64,000 bases of DNA from Nitrosomonadales bacterium. GTDB taxonomy: Bacteria; Pseudomonadota; Gammaproteobacteria; Burkholderiales; Gallionellaceae. The stretch spans positions 43,903 through 107,902 of the forward strand of contig JACQYW010000015.1 of the NCBI GenBank assembly GCA_016208015.1, read 5' to 3'. Each line of letters starts with the position of its first letter. Position 1 is the stretch's first letter. A program made the position numbers and the translations under genes. This document shows positions 10,016-19,677 of the stretch, in pieces. The notes below the pieces were generated by a model. It was not told where the DNA came from. It saw only the letters and a program-made list of their open reading frames with translations, and did not search any database.

Positions 10016-10087
10016 GTAGATAACTGCCAGCAGTCAATCTGCATGCATCCGTGAAAGAAAAGGGCGGCGTCCAGATATCGGATGGTG

Positions 10088-11287
10088 TTACTTCGCGCGG
10101 AAGATGATCTCTTTCATCCGCTCCAGCTTCGGCGACACCACCGGCACGGTGAGCATGGTGCTGGCGACGGCCATCAGCAGCAGCGCGGTGAAGGTCTCGC
10201 TGGTGATGATCTGCTTGTCGAGCAGGATGTTGGCGAAGATGATCATGATGAGCGCTTTGGTCTGCAGCAGCCAGCCGATGATGGAGGCTTCGCCCGGTTT
10301 CCACTTGAGTATCTTTCCGGCGGCGTGAACGCCGATCAATTTTCCCGACACCGAGGCAAGTAGCAGCACCCCGGCCGCGATGAACACGGTGCTGCCGCCC
10401 ATATCCCAGTTGGTGCGCAGGCCGGTGCTGAGGAAGAACACCGGCATGATCACCAGCAGCACGTGGTGGCGCATCAGGTCCATCTTCTTCTGGTCGAACC
10501 AGTGGCTGTCGGTGACCGCACCGGCGAGGAAAGCGCCGACCATGAAGTGCAGGCCGGACCAGTCCGCGCCGAAGCCGCACACGGCCAGCCAGATCAGCCC
10601 GACATACCAGCGGTCGCGTTCTTCCAGCCACAGCATGAGCTTGCGGAACAGCCAAGCGGCGACGGCGAAGAGCATCAGGAAGCCGAGCTGTTTGCCGACG
10701 CGTTCCCAGTCCATCAGGATCAGCGCGAGCACGCCCCAGATGGCGACGTCGTCCATGCTGGCGTAGCGCAGGATGCGCTGGCCGATGGGCTGGCGCAGGA
10801 TGGCGAGTTTTTCCATGAACAGGATGAGGATGGGCAGCGCGGTGACGGCGCAGGCCATGCCGACGCCCGCCACGAACTGCCACGAGTAGGCTTTCGGACC
10901 GACCCAGCCGTCATACATCAGCATGCCTGCGGCAGCGAGACAGCCGAACAGCAGCGGGGTGCCGAGCGCCAGCCCGGCGGTGATGCCGCTCTCGCGCCGG
11001 TATTTCCACGCCTGGCGCAGGTCGAGTTCGATGCCGGCGATCCACACGAACACCATCACCGCCCACCAGGCGATGCCGTTGAGCGACTGGATGACCTGCG
11101 GCGTGAACACGAAGCCGTAATAGTCGGGGAAAGCCGCGCCGAGAATGCCGGGGCCGAGCAGGATGCCGGTGATGATCTGCACCACCACCAGGGGCGCGTA
11201 GTATTCCGTCCTGCCCACCCGCCAGATGAGATAAGGGATGGTGAAGATCAGCGTCATCGCGATGAGGAAGATCTCGGTGGTGCTCAT
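10088..11287 (-). CDS. CPA2-family cation:proton antiporter
   Basis: About 12 TM helices; GILLGP, FVWIAGIELD, ACAVTALP, GAFLAG. Start trimmed to MSTTE (11287) or MHAAM (11299). Confidence 0.85.
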   Translation of the reverse strand: MSTTEIFLIAMTLIFTIPYLIWRVGRTEYYAPLVVVQIITGILLGPGILGAAFPDYYGFVFTPQVIQSLNGIAWWAVMVFVWIAGIELDLRQAWKYRRESGITAGLALGTPLLFGCLAAAGMLMYDGWVGPKAYSWQFVAGVGMACAVTALPILILFMEKLAILRQPIGQRILRYASMDDVAIWGVLALILMDWERVGKQLGFLMLFAVAAWLFRKLMLWLEERDRWYVGLIWLAVCGFGADWSGLHFMVGAFLAGAVTDSHWFDQKKMDLMRHHVLLVIMPVFFLSTGLRTNWDMGGSTVFIAAGVLLLASVSGKLIGVHAAGKILKWKPGEASIIGWLLQTKALIMIIFANILLDKQIITSETFTALLLMAVASTMLTVPVVSPKLERMKEIIFRAK

Positions 11288-11533
11288 GGCGGCGTGCATG
11301 GCTGCGCTCTGATGTCGAAAACAAAAGTATGCCACAAGTGCGTTGGCCGAAGCCGCTCGAAGAGCGGGTAAAGCCGGTTTGTCGTCGATTGGTGACAATC
11401 GTAATGTGCCGTCTGCTGGATGGCGTTCGGCATTTCCTGATGCCGCAGGCAGGGATTGACGTGCAGGCGCGATGCTATCGACAGTCATGCAAATATATTG
11501 TAGAGAACACAACAAGTGTGTAGAGTTAACAAC

Positions 11534-12445
11534 ATGAACATATCGACCGAATGGATAACGCTGGTCACTTCCCTGCCGGCACGCAACACAACTGCGCGCA
11601 TGCGCCTTTGGCGTGCGGTCAAGGCGCTGGGTGCGGCGACGCTGCGCGATGGTGTTTACCTGTTGCCATCAACGGATTCCACCGGCGAGGGGTTGCGCGC
11701 CCTGGCAAACGATGTGCGCGCCGCCGATGGCAGCGCAGAGGTGCTGCTGGTTACCGCAACGGGCGAGCAGGGCGAAAGTTTTCGCGCCTTGTTCGGTCGC
11801 ACTGACGACTATGCAGCGTTGATCGCGGCGACCCGCGAAAAGGGGCAGGATGAAAAATCGCTGCGCCGACTGATGCGCGATTTCGATACGTTGGCTGCCA
11901 TCGATTATTTTCCCGGTGAAGCGCGCGAGCAGGCTCGCGCCGCATTGGCTGAACTGGCGGCCCGGCTATCGCCGGGCGAACCCTCGACCATACACGGCAA
12001 CCTGCGCCGCCTCGCGAGTTCCGATTATTCGGGGCGGACCTGGGCGACACGCAAACATCTTTGGGTAGACCGGATGGCATCCGCCTGGCTGATTCGCCGC
12101 TTCATCGACAGGAAGGCGAAATTCCTCTGGCTCGATGCGCCTGCAGTGTGCCCGGCCAAAGCACTCGGCTTTGACTTCGACGGTGCGACCTTCACGCATA
12201 TCGACGGACGCGTGACCTTCGAGGTGCTGGCGGCAAGTTTCGGGCTGGAGGCCGATGTCGCCATTGCCCGCATCGGCGCCATTGTGCATTGCCTGGATGT
12301 CGGCGGTGTGCCGGTGCCCGAGGCGGCCGGCATCGAAGCCGTCCTGGCCGGTCTGCGCGCTACGGTGCCGGATGACGACAAGCTGCTGACGGCGGCAGGC
12401 CGCATCTTCGACAGTCTGTATCGAAACTATCAACAGGAGAGTTGA
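11534..12445 (+). CDS. chrB: Chromate resistance regulator ChrB
   Basis: SLPARNTTARMRLWRAVKALG N-domain; WATRKHLWVDRMASAWLIRRFID and FDFDGATFTH C-domain. Confidence 0.9.
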   Translation: MNISTEWITLVTSLPARNTTARMRLWRAVKALGAATLRDGVYLLPSTDSTGEGLRALANDVRAADGSAEVLLVTATGEQGESFRALFGRTDDYAALIAATREKGQDEKSLRRLMRDFDTLAAIDYFPGEAREQARAALAELAARLSPGEPSTIHGNLRRLASSDYSGRTWATRKHLWVDRMASAWLIRRFIDRKAKFLWLDAPAVCPAKALGFDFDGATFTHIDGRVTFEVLAASFGLEADVAIARIGAIVHCLDVGGVPVPEAAGIEAVLAGLRATVPDDDKLLTAAGRIFDSLYRNYQQES

Positions 12446-12446
12446 C

Positions 12447-13790
12447 ATGAGTGACGCACCCATCCCCGCCACAGCGCCGCCAGCCCCCACGCTCGGCGAA
12501 GCCTTCAAATACTGGCTCAAGCTGGGTTTCATCAGTTTTGGCGGCCCCGCCGGACAGATATCGATGATGCACCAGGAACTGGTCGAGCGCCGCCGCTGGA
12601 TTTCCGAACATCGCTATCTTCACGCGCTCAACTTCTGCATGTTGCTTCCCGGCCCCGAGGCTATCCAGCTCGCGATCTACATCAGCTGGCTGATGCATGG
12701 GGTGCGCGGAGCCGTGATGGCGGGAGTCCTGTTCTTCTTGCCGGCCTTTGTACTGCTGTCTTTGCTTGCCGGAATCTATCTGTCCTTCGGCGATGTGCCG
12801 GCGGTACAGGGCATTTTTTACGGCATCAAGCCTGCCGTGGTCGCCATCGTGCTGTTCGCCGCCTGGCGCATCGGCTCCCGCTCGATCAAGAACAAGGTAT
12901 TGCTTGGCATCGCTGCACTCGCCTTCGTCGGGATCTTCTTTTTCAAGATCGATTTCCCCTGGATCGTGCTGGCCGCTGCCCTACTCGGCGCGATCGGCGG
13001 CAAGTTGATGCCGGACAAATTCAAGGCGGGCGGCGGACATGGTGCGAGCGACAAGACCTACGGTCCGGCACTGATCGACGATGAGACCCCGCCGCCGGCC
13101 CATGCCCGATTTTCCTGGGGCAAGCTCGCGTTGACGGTCGCGGTGTTCGTGCTGGTCTGGCTTGTCGTCATGCTGGCGATCAGCGGCGTGCCCAGCCTGT
13201 ACGACATGGGTGATTTCTTCACCAAGGCCGCTTTCCTCACCATCGGCGGCGCTTATGCCGTGCTGCCCTACGTCTATCAGGGTGCGGTGGAACATTACAG
13301 CTGGCTCACCGGTCCGCAGATGATGGATGGCCTTGCGCTTGGCGAAAGCACGCCGGGACCGCTCATCATGATCGTGACCTGGGTGGGTTATCTGGGCGGC
13401 GTGGCCACGCACGCCTTCGACAACCCCATCCTGGCGGGGATCGCAGGCGCTGCGGTCGCCACTTTCTTCACCTTTCTGCCGTCCTTCCTGTTCATTCTGG
13501 GTGCGGGGCCGTTGGTGGAGTCGACACGCGGCGAACTGAAGTTCACCGCACCGCTCACCGCAATCACCGCAGCCGTGGTCGGCGTGATCATCAACCTCGC
13601 GACTTTCTTCGCCTGGCATACCTTCTGGCCCAAGGCGACAGAGGCGGCGCCTTTCGCCGGCTTTTTCGATGCGATCCCGGTCGTCATCGCAGTGATATCG
13701 TTTGTTGCACTATGGAAGTACAAGGCCGACATCATGAAAGTGATTGGTGTGTGTGCCGTGTTCGGTCTTGTTTACTCCTTCATTGTCTAA
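12447..13790 (+). CDS. chrA: Chromate efflux transporter ChrA (long CHR)
   Basis: GFISFGGPAGQI, PGPEAIQ, GGAYAVL, ESTPGP. Confidence 0.95.
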   Translation: MSDAPIPATAPPAPTLGEAFKYWLKLGFISFGGPAGQISMMHQELVERRRWISEHRYLHALNFCMLLPGPEAIQLAIYISWLMHGVRGAVMAGVLFFLPAFVLLSLLAGIYLSFGDVPAVQGIFYGIKPAVVAIVLFAAWRIGSRSIKNKVLLGIAALAFVGIFFFKIDFPWIVLAAALLGAIGGKLMPDKFKAGGGHGASDKTYGPALIDDETPPPAHARFSWGKLALTVAVFVLVWLVVMLAISGVPSLYDMGDFFTKAAFLTIGGAYAVLPYVYQGAVEHYSWLTGPQMMDGLALGESTPGPLIMIVTWVGYLGGVATHAFDNPILAGIAGAAVATFFTFLPSFLFILGAGPLVESTRGELKFTAPLTAITAAVVGVIINLATFFAWHTFWPKATEAAPFAGFFDAIPVVIAVISFVALWKYKADIMKVIGVCAVFGLVYSFIV

Positions 13791-13799
13791 GGGGGCGGA

Positions 13800-14246
13800 A
13801 TGAAGTGGATCACGCGTGAACGCCCGAAGATCGACCGTATCGCCTGTCCGTGGCTGATTGCCCGCTTCATCGACCGCGAGCCGGAATTTCTGTACGTGCC
13901 CAGCGGCGATGTGTTGAGGGTGGCCGCTGAGACCGGCGCGATACCCTTCGATATCCCCGGTGTCGAGCTCTCGCACGAGGGCGAACTGTGCAGCTTCGAT
14001 ACCTTCCTCAAGAAGTACGGCCTGACCGATCCGGCCTTGCAGGATCTGGCCGTCATTGTGCGCGGCGCGGATACCGACCGTCTCGATCTGGCACCGCAGT
14101 GTGCCGGGTTGCTGGCAATCTCGCTGGGCTTGTCGCACAACCTGACCGATGACCATGAGATGCTGAAGTCCGGTCTGGTGATGTACGACGCGCTCTATGC
14201 GTGGTGCCGCCATGCAAGAGGCGAGACGCATACCTGGAAATACTAG
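13800..14246 (+). CDS. ChrF-like protein (ChrB C-terminal domain only)
   Basis: MKWITRERPKIDRIACPWLIARFID, FDIPGVELSH; follows chrA. Confidence 0.8.
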   Translation: MKWITRERPKIDRIACPWLIARFIDREPEFLYVPSGDVLRVAAETGAIPFDIPGVELSHEGELCSFDTFLKKYGLTDPALQDLAVIVRGADTDRLDLAPQCAGLLAISLGLSHNLTDDHEMLKSGLVMYDALYAWCRHARGETHTWKY

Positions 14247-14310
14247 CCGGGGTGTCCCCCGGTAGAAACAGAGATTGGTGCGCAAGCGCACCACATCAGG
14301 ATTCCCTTGC

Positions 14311-15387
14311 CTAGATCAACCCCATCGCCACCAGCGCGATGAAGGCCGCAAACAGCGCAAAGTGGCTGATGCCCTCGATGGCGTTGGTCTCGCCGTCGTG
14401 CAGGTTGTTCATCACGGTGAGGAAAGTCAGCAGCAGCATGCCGCCTTGCACCGGCGTGAGCGCCATGACGATGCGTTCGCCGCTGACCAGCGCGATGAAC
14501 TCGATCACCGGCAGGGTCAGCAGCACGGTCGCGAGCGACGCGCCGAGCGCGATGTTGACCGTGGTCTGCATGCGGTTGTTTTGCGCGGCGCGTAGCGCGG
14601 TGAGGATCTCGGGGCTGGCCGAGATCAGCGCGACCAGCACCGCCGGGATGGCCTTGGGCAGGCTGCTGCCGGTGAGTCCGGCATCCAGCAGCACCGACAA
14701 TACTTCGGAGAGCAGTCCGACCAATATGATCGCGCCGATCATCATGCCGACATGCAGTGCGTTCGGGCTGTGTGCCTCGTCATGCGCCTCTTCGTCGGTG
14801 TCGCTGGAGTATTCGAAGAAGGTGCGGTGTTCCACCGTCTGCAGGCGCAGGAAACCGGCGTACATGACTGCCATCATGCCGATGGAGAAGATGGAGTAGA
14901 TCTGCCATTTGTCATCCGGCACGAAGTCGGGCACGAACATGCCGATGCCGATGGCGACCAGCAGCATGGCGACGAAGGAGTTGGCCGAGGAGATGTTGTA
15001 TTTGGTCTGGCCGTGTTTGAGACCGCCGACGATGGCGGCGAGGCCGAGGATGCCGTTGATGTCGAACATCACGGCGGCGAACACGGTGTCGCGCGCCAGC
15101 GTCGGGTTGGGCTCGCCCATCAGCAATACCACCAGGATCACCACTTCCACCGACACGGCGGCGAGCGTGAGGATCAGCGTGCCGTAAGGTTCGCCGAAAC
15201 GCACCGCCAGCACTTCCGCGTGGTGCGCGATGCGGAAGGCGACGCCGATGATGGCGGCGAGGATCACCAGCAGCAAGCCCCACAGTGCGCCGCCGCCGTG
15301 CTCGACCGCGCCGTGTTCGAGCGCAAATCCCAGGCCGAGCATGAGGAGCGCGATGGCGATGGGGAATTCGGATTTGAGGTATTTCAT
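14311..15387 (-). CDS. chaA: Ca2+(Na+)/H+ antiporter, CaCA family
   Basis: GEPYGTLILTLA...VEV, SPEILTAL, NIALGASLAT, ETNAIEG. Confidence 0.85.
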   Translation of the reverse strand: MKYLKSEFPIAIALLMLGLGFALEHGAVEHGGGALWGLLLVILAAIIGVAFRIAHHAEVLAVRFGEPYGTLILTLAAVSVEVVILVVLLMGEPNPTLARDTVFAAVMFDINGILGLAAIVGGLKHGQTKYNISSANSFVAMLLVAIGIGMFVPDFVPDDKWQIYSIFSIGMMAVMYAGFLRLQTVEHRTFFEYSSDTDEEAHDEAHSPNALHVGMMIGAIILVGLLSEVLSVLLDAGLTGSSLPKAIPAVLVALISASPEILTALRAAQNNRMQTTVNIALGASLATVLLTLPVIEFIALVSGERIVMALTPVQGGMLLLTFLTVMNNLHDGETNAIEGISHFALFAAFIALVAMGLI

Positions 15388-15396
15388 GGGTCTTCC

Positions 15397-15882
15397 TTAG
15401 CTGCGTTGATAGGTGACGAAATGATATTCCAGCGGCTGCGGCGACTCTTGCGTGCGCACTTCGCGCGAGGTTTCCCGCCATGCGCTTTTGTCGTACTCGG
15501 GAAAGTGCGCGTCGCCTTCCACGTCCTGTTGTATCTCGGTGATGTAGAGCGTATCTACCAGCGTGATGGCTTGCCGGTATAGTTCGGCCCCCCCCACGAT
15601 GAATATCTCCTCATCTCCTGCGCAGGTGTAGACCGCCTCTTTCAATGAATGCGAGATGACACAGCCTTCTATCTCCAGATCGTTGTTGCGCGTGACCACT
15701 ACCGTCGTGCGTCCCGGCAGCGGCTTGCCGATGGAATCGAAGGTCTTGCGTCCCATGATCATGTGATGTCCCATGGTCAGCGTCTTGAAATGCTTGAGGT
15801 CTTCCGGGCAGCGCCAAGGCAGGGCGTTGTTCACCCCGATGGTGCGATTCTTCGCCATCGCGACGATGATGGATAACTTCAT
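15397..15882 (-). CDS. folA: Dihydrofolate reductase
   Basis: [34 protein letters not shown]. Confidence 0.97.
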   Translation of the reverse strand: MKLSIIVAMAKNRTIGVNNALPWRCPEDLKHFKTLTMGHHMIMGRKTFDSIGKPLPGRTTVVVTRNNDLEIEGCVISHSLKEAVYTCAGDEEIFIVGGAELYRQAITLVDTLYITEIQQDVEGDAHFPEYDKSAWRETSREVRTQESPQPLEYHFVTYQRS

Positions 15883-16673
15883 ATCGCGACAGGCGCCTTG
15901 ATTGCGGGGTGCGGGTCGTAACCTTCCAGCGCGAAATCCTCGAACTTGAAGCTGAAGATGTCTTTTACCGCCGGGTTGATCTGCATGGACGGCAGTGCGC
16001 GCGGTTCGCGCGAGAGTTGCAGTTGCGTCTGTTCCATGTGGTTGGAATAGAGGTGTGCGTCACCGAATGTATGCACGAAGTCGCCCGCCTTCAAACCGCA
16101 CACCTGCGCCATCATCATGGTCAGCAGCGCGTAGCTGGCGATGTTGAACGGCACGCCAAGGAAGATGTCGGCACTGCGCTGGTAGAGCTGGCAGGAGAGC
16201 TTGCCGTCTGCCACATAGAACTGGAAGAAGGCATGGCAGGGTGCCAGCGCCATCTTGTCGAGCTCGCCCACGTTCCACGCCGAGACGATGATGCGGCGCG
16301 AATCGGGATTGGTCTTGATCTGGTCGACTGCGATCCTGATCTGGTCGATCACCCGACCGTCGATGGTTTCCCACGAGCGCCACTGCTTGCCATACACCGG
16401 GCCGAGGTTGCCGTCCTCGTCCGCCCATTCGTCCCAGATGCTGACCCCGTTCTCCTTGAGGTATTGGGTGTTGGTACTGCCCTGCAGGAACCACAGCAGT
16501 TCGTGAATGATGGATTTCAGGTGGCACTTCTTGGTCGTGACCAGCGGGAAGCCATTGGAAAGGTCGAAGCGCATCTGGTAGCCGAACACGCTGGTGGTGC
16601 CGGTGCCGGTGCGGTCGGACTTTTTCGTTCCGTTATCGAGGACGTGCTGCATTAATTCGAGGTATTGGCGCAT
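15879..16673 (-). CDS. thyA: Thymidylate synthase
   Basis: [42 protein letters not shown]. Confidence 0.98.
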   Translation of the reverse strand: MRQYLELMQHVLDNGTKKSDRTGTGTTSVFGYQMRFDLSNGFPLVTTKKCHLKSIIHELLWFLQGSTNTQYLKENGVSIWDEWADEDGNLGPVYGKQWRSWETIDGRVIDQIRIAVDQIKTNPDSRRIIVSAWNVGELDKMALAPCHAFFQFYVADGKLSCQLYQRSADIFLGVPFNIASYALLTMMMAQVCGLKAGDFVHTFGDAHLYSNHMEQTQLQLSREPRALPSMQINPAVKDIFSFKFEDFALEGYDPHPAIKAPVAI

Positions 16674-16722
16674 GGTGTAGCCCGTATAATCGAGGCGTTT
16701 TATGACTTAATTCGAGGACGCA

Positions 16723-18168
16723 ATGCTAGCACAACTGACCCTGTTCCCTGCCCTGCCCAAGACCCTGACTGCCTCGCACCTGCTGGTGCTGTTGCCCAAG
16801 ACCAAGTTGCTTCCCAAGGATGTTCCGCACGGCGATCTGCTCGCTACGTTGCTCAAGCGCCGCGACATGAAGGCTGACGAACTGGCGAAATCGCCGGTCG
16901 CCGCCAATGCAGTCAACGGCACGCTGGTGGTGTGGGCGATGCTGGATATCGACAAGGACACCTTTGCCCAGCAGGTGCAGGTGCGCAAGGGCTTGCAACT
17001 GTTGCTGGAAGAACAGCCCAAGGGCATCGCGGTCGCGGTGAGCGGCGATGCGGCGCAGCGCCAGCGCATGGCCGAACTGGCGGTCTATGGCGCCTGGGTG
17101 AACGGCGCGCTGTTGCCGGTCCACAAGAAGAAGGATGAGCGCAAAGCGTTGCAGAAGATCGAGTTGGTCGGCTGCAACGACAAAAAACCGTTCGACGCGC
17201 TCAAGGCGCAGGCCGCAGGCAATCTGCTGTGCCGCGAACTGACCGTGTTGCCGCCCAACGAACTCACACCGGGTGCTTATCGTTTGCGCGTGAAGAAGAT
17301 GGCGCAGGCCAACGGCTGGAAGCACGAGGAGTTCACCATGCCCAAGTTGCGCAAGATGGGCGCGGGCGCCTTCGTCGCCGTGGCGCAGGGCAGCGATCCG
17401 GAAGATGCGGCCATCGTGCATCTCAGCTACAAACACCCGAAAGCGAAGCAGACCATCGCGCTGGTGGGCAAGGGCATCTGCTTCGACACCGGCGGCCACA
17501 ACCTCAAGCCCTCGCGCTACATGCACAACATGCACGAGGACATGAACGGTTCGGCGGTGAGCTTGGGCATCCTGCTCGCTGCCACGCAGCAGAAGCTGCC
17601 GGTGAACATCGACTGCTGGCTGGCGCTGGCGCAGAACCACATCAGCCCCAAGGCCTACAAGCAGAACGACATCGTGAAAGCGCTGAACGGCACGAACATC
17701 GAGGTCATGCACACCGACGCCGAAGGCCGCATGGTGCTGGCCGATACGCTCACGCTGGCGTCGCGCGCAAAACCGGATTTGATGATCGACTTCGCCACAT
17801 TGACCGGCAGCATGGCGATGGCGCTGGGGGCGCGCTATTCAGGTGTGTTCGGCACGACGGACGAGTTGGCGCAACGCGCAGTGAGCGTGGGCAAGCAAAC
17901 CGGCGAACGCCTGTGCGCTTTCCCGCAGGACGAGGATTACGAACCGGCGCTGGATTCAAAAGTGGCCGACATCAAACAATGCACGCTGGACGGCGAAGCC
18001 GACCACATCCTTGCCACGCGCTTTCTCAGGCGTTTCGTCGAATACGACACGCCATGGCTGCACGTGGACCTCTCGGCCAGCCGCTGCGAAGGGGGACTGG
18101 GCATCGTCGCGCATGACGTGAACGGTTTCGGCGTGGCGTGGGGCTTGCAGATGCTGCAGGGGAAATGA
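16723..18168 (+). CDS. M17 leucyl aminopeptidase family protein
   Basis: VGKGICFDTGG, DMNGSA, TDAEGRMVLAD, ATLTG. Confidence 0.9.
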   Translation: MLAQLTLFPALPKTLTASHLLVLLPKTKLLPKDVPHGDLLATLLKRRDMKADELAKSPVAANAVNGTLVVWAMLDIDKDTFAQQVQVRKGLQLLLEEQPKGIAVAVSGDAAQRQRMAELAVYGAWVNGALLPVHKKKDERKALQKIELVGCNDKKPFDALKAQAAGNLLCRELTVLPPNELTPGAYRLRVKKMAQANGWKHEEFTMPKLRKMGAGAFVAVAQGSDPEDAAIVHLSYKHPKAKQTIALVGKGICFDTGGHNLKPSRYMHNMHEDMNGSAVSLGILLAATQQKLPVNIDCWLALAQNHISPKAYKQNDIVKALNGTNIEVMHTDAEGRMVLADTLTLASRAKPDLMIDFATLTGSMAMALGARYSGVFGTTDELAQRAVSVGKQTGERLCAFPQDEDYEPALDSKVADIKQCTLDGEADHILATRFLRRFVEYDTPWLHVDLSASRCEGGLGIVAHDVNGFGVAWGLQMLQGK

Positions 18169-18188
18169 TCCGGGCCTGCAGGCCAGGA

Positions 18189-18962
18189 TCATTTGTTGAA
18201 CTGGAGTTCCGCGATCAGGATGTGGTGATCCGACGCCGGGGTCGGCTTCACGCTGTGGCGCACCGGATGAAAGTGCTTGCTGTAGAAGATATGGTCGAGC
18301 ACAAACGGGCGTTGGCGCCAGGTGATCTCGGTCGTCTGCACAGTCTGATATCCGGCGTCGGAGAATTGGCGAACCAGCGATTCGCGGTTGCTGACATTGA
18401 AGTCTCCGGCGATCAGCGTCGCACCCTTCGCGCGGCTCAATCGTTCGACCACGAGCTGGCGTTGATCGGGGTGCTGCTCACTCGAAGAGTTGAGCATGAA
18501 GTACGCCAGCAGATGGGTGTTGAAGAGTTGCAACTCATGGCCGTCGATCGTCGTTGTAGCGCCGATGAGCAAGCGGTCGGTGGGCGTCATCTTCTTGCCC
18601 TGGAATTCGAACTCGATGGGTGTCGAAGGCAGGTCTAAGCGGAAGGTGTCGCGCAAAGGCGTCCTGGAAAAGATGGCGAGTCCGATGCCGAAGGGCAGTT
18701 CGCGCGGGTCGGCTTTCGGGTAGGAAAAATAACCGTGGTAACCCTTGAGCGCCGCCTTGATGCGCGTGTAATTGGGCGGCGGATCGAACTGCATGCCGCC
18801 GGGTTGTGCGCGTTCCACTTCCTGCAACATCACGATATCGGCATCGGTGCGCAGGATCTCGGCGATGGTCATGTCGAGGTCGATGGGAGCACGGTCAGGA
18901 TCGGCCGCATCCCAGATTTGGCCGAACTGCATGTTGAACTGCATGACTTTAAATGTGCTCAT
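18189..18962 (-). CDS. Endonuclease/exonuclease/phosphatase (EEP) family protein
   Basis: FN, LQEV, NTHL, GDFN, LDHIF, SDH catalytic motifs. Confidence 0.85.
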   Translation of the reverse strand: MSTFKVMQFNMQFGQIWDAADPDRAPIDLDMTIAEILRTDADIVMLQEVERAQPGGMQFDPPPNYTRIKAALKGYHGYFSYPKADPRELPFGIGLAIFSRTPLRDTFRLDLPSTPIEFEFQGKKMTPTDRLLIGATTTIDGHELQLFNTHLLAYFMLNSSSEQHPDQRQLVVERLSRAKGATLIAGDFNVSNRESLVRQFSDAGYQTVQTTEITWRQRPFVLDHIFYSKHFHPVRHSVKPTPASDHHILIAELQFNK

Positions 18963-19040
18963 GGGGGTCTATGATGCCATTGCAAGCGCTTTGTGCAAAC
19001 CACCATATGTCGGTTCGCGGGATTTCCCGGTTTTGTGACC

Positions 19041-19529
19041 TCAGACCGAATAAGCGACCAGGGCATAACGCGCCAGCTTGCCGACCAGCATGAACAGGGC
19101 TGCCTGCCACGGATTCAGGCGCAGCCAACCCGCTGCAAGGCACAGCGCATCGCCGACGAACGGTAACCAGGCGAACAGCAGGGCCGGTGTCCCGTGTCGT
19201 CGCACCCTCTCCACATGCTTGAGTTGCCGGGTCCTTGCCCGCGATGCTTCATCTGGAACCATGTCTGTCCGCGTCAGCGGGCCAGGAGCAGCTCCTCCCG
19301 CACCACCGTGTCGAAACTGCGGCAACAGCCAGCCCATGCCGAAAGTGATCATCCCGCCCAATGTGTTGCCCAGCGTTGCCAGCAGCAGCGCCGGCCAGAA
19401 CAATCCCGGGTGAAGACTCAGAACGCCGACCAGTACCAGTTCCGAGCCACCCGGCAGCAGCGTCGCACCAAGCAGGCTGGACATGAACAGCCCCCACAGG
19501 CTGAGGTCGCTTGTAAAGAAATCTGCCAC
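19041..19529 (-). CDS. YqaA/DedA-like membrane protein with an apparent internal insertion
   Basis: ATLLPGGSE, ATLGNTLG, GDALCLAAGWLRL, GKLARY. GTG start. Confidence 0.8.
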   Translation of the reverse strand: MADFFTSDLSLWGLFMSSLLGATLLPGGSELVLVGVLSLHPGLFWPALLLATLGNTLGGMITFGMGWLLPQFRHGGAGGAAPGPLTRTDMVPDEASRARTRQLKHVERVRRHGTPALLFAWLPFVGDALCLAAGWLRLNPWQAALFMLVGKLARYALVAYSV

Positions 19530-19537
19530 GAGGGGGC

Positions 19538-19677
19538 TTAGCGAAACACGCGGAGAATCGTTGCGAGCAGGTCAAGAGGCAAGGCGCGGCGGAGCGAGAT
19601 GCGAGACATACCTTGTGGGGTAGGCGAGCATAGAGCGAGTACGCAACGCAGCATATTGACCGCGCAGTAGGTTCTTA
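19538..19677. mobile_element. MITE-like intergenic element (AAGGCGCG...CAACGCAG type)
   Basis: AAGGCGCG at 19581 and CAACGCAG at 19644, enclosed by GTCAA/TTGAC; ends TAGGTTCTTAG. No real ORF. Confidence 0.5.
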
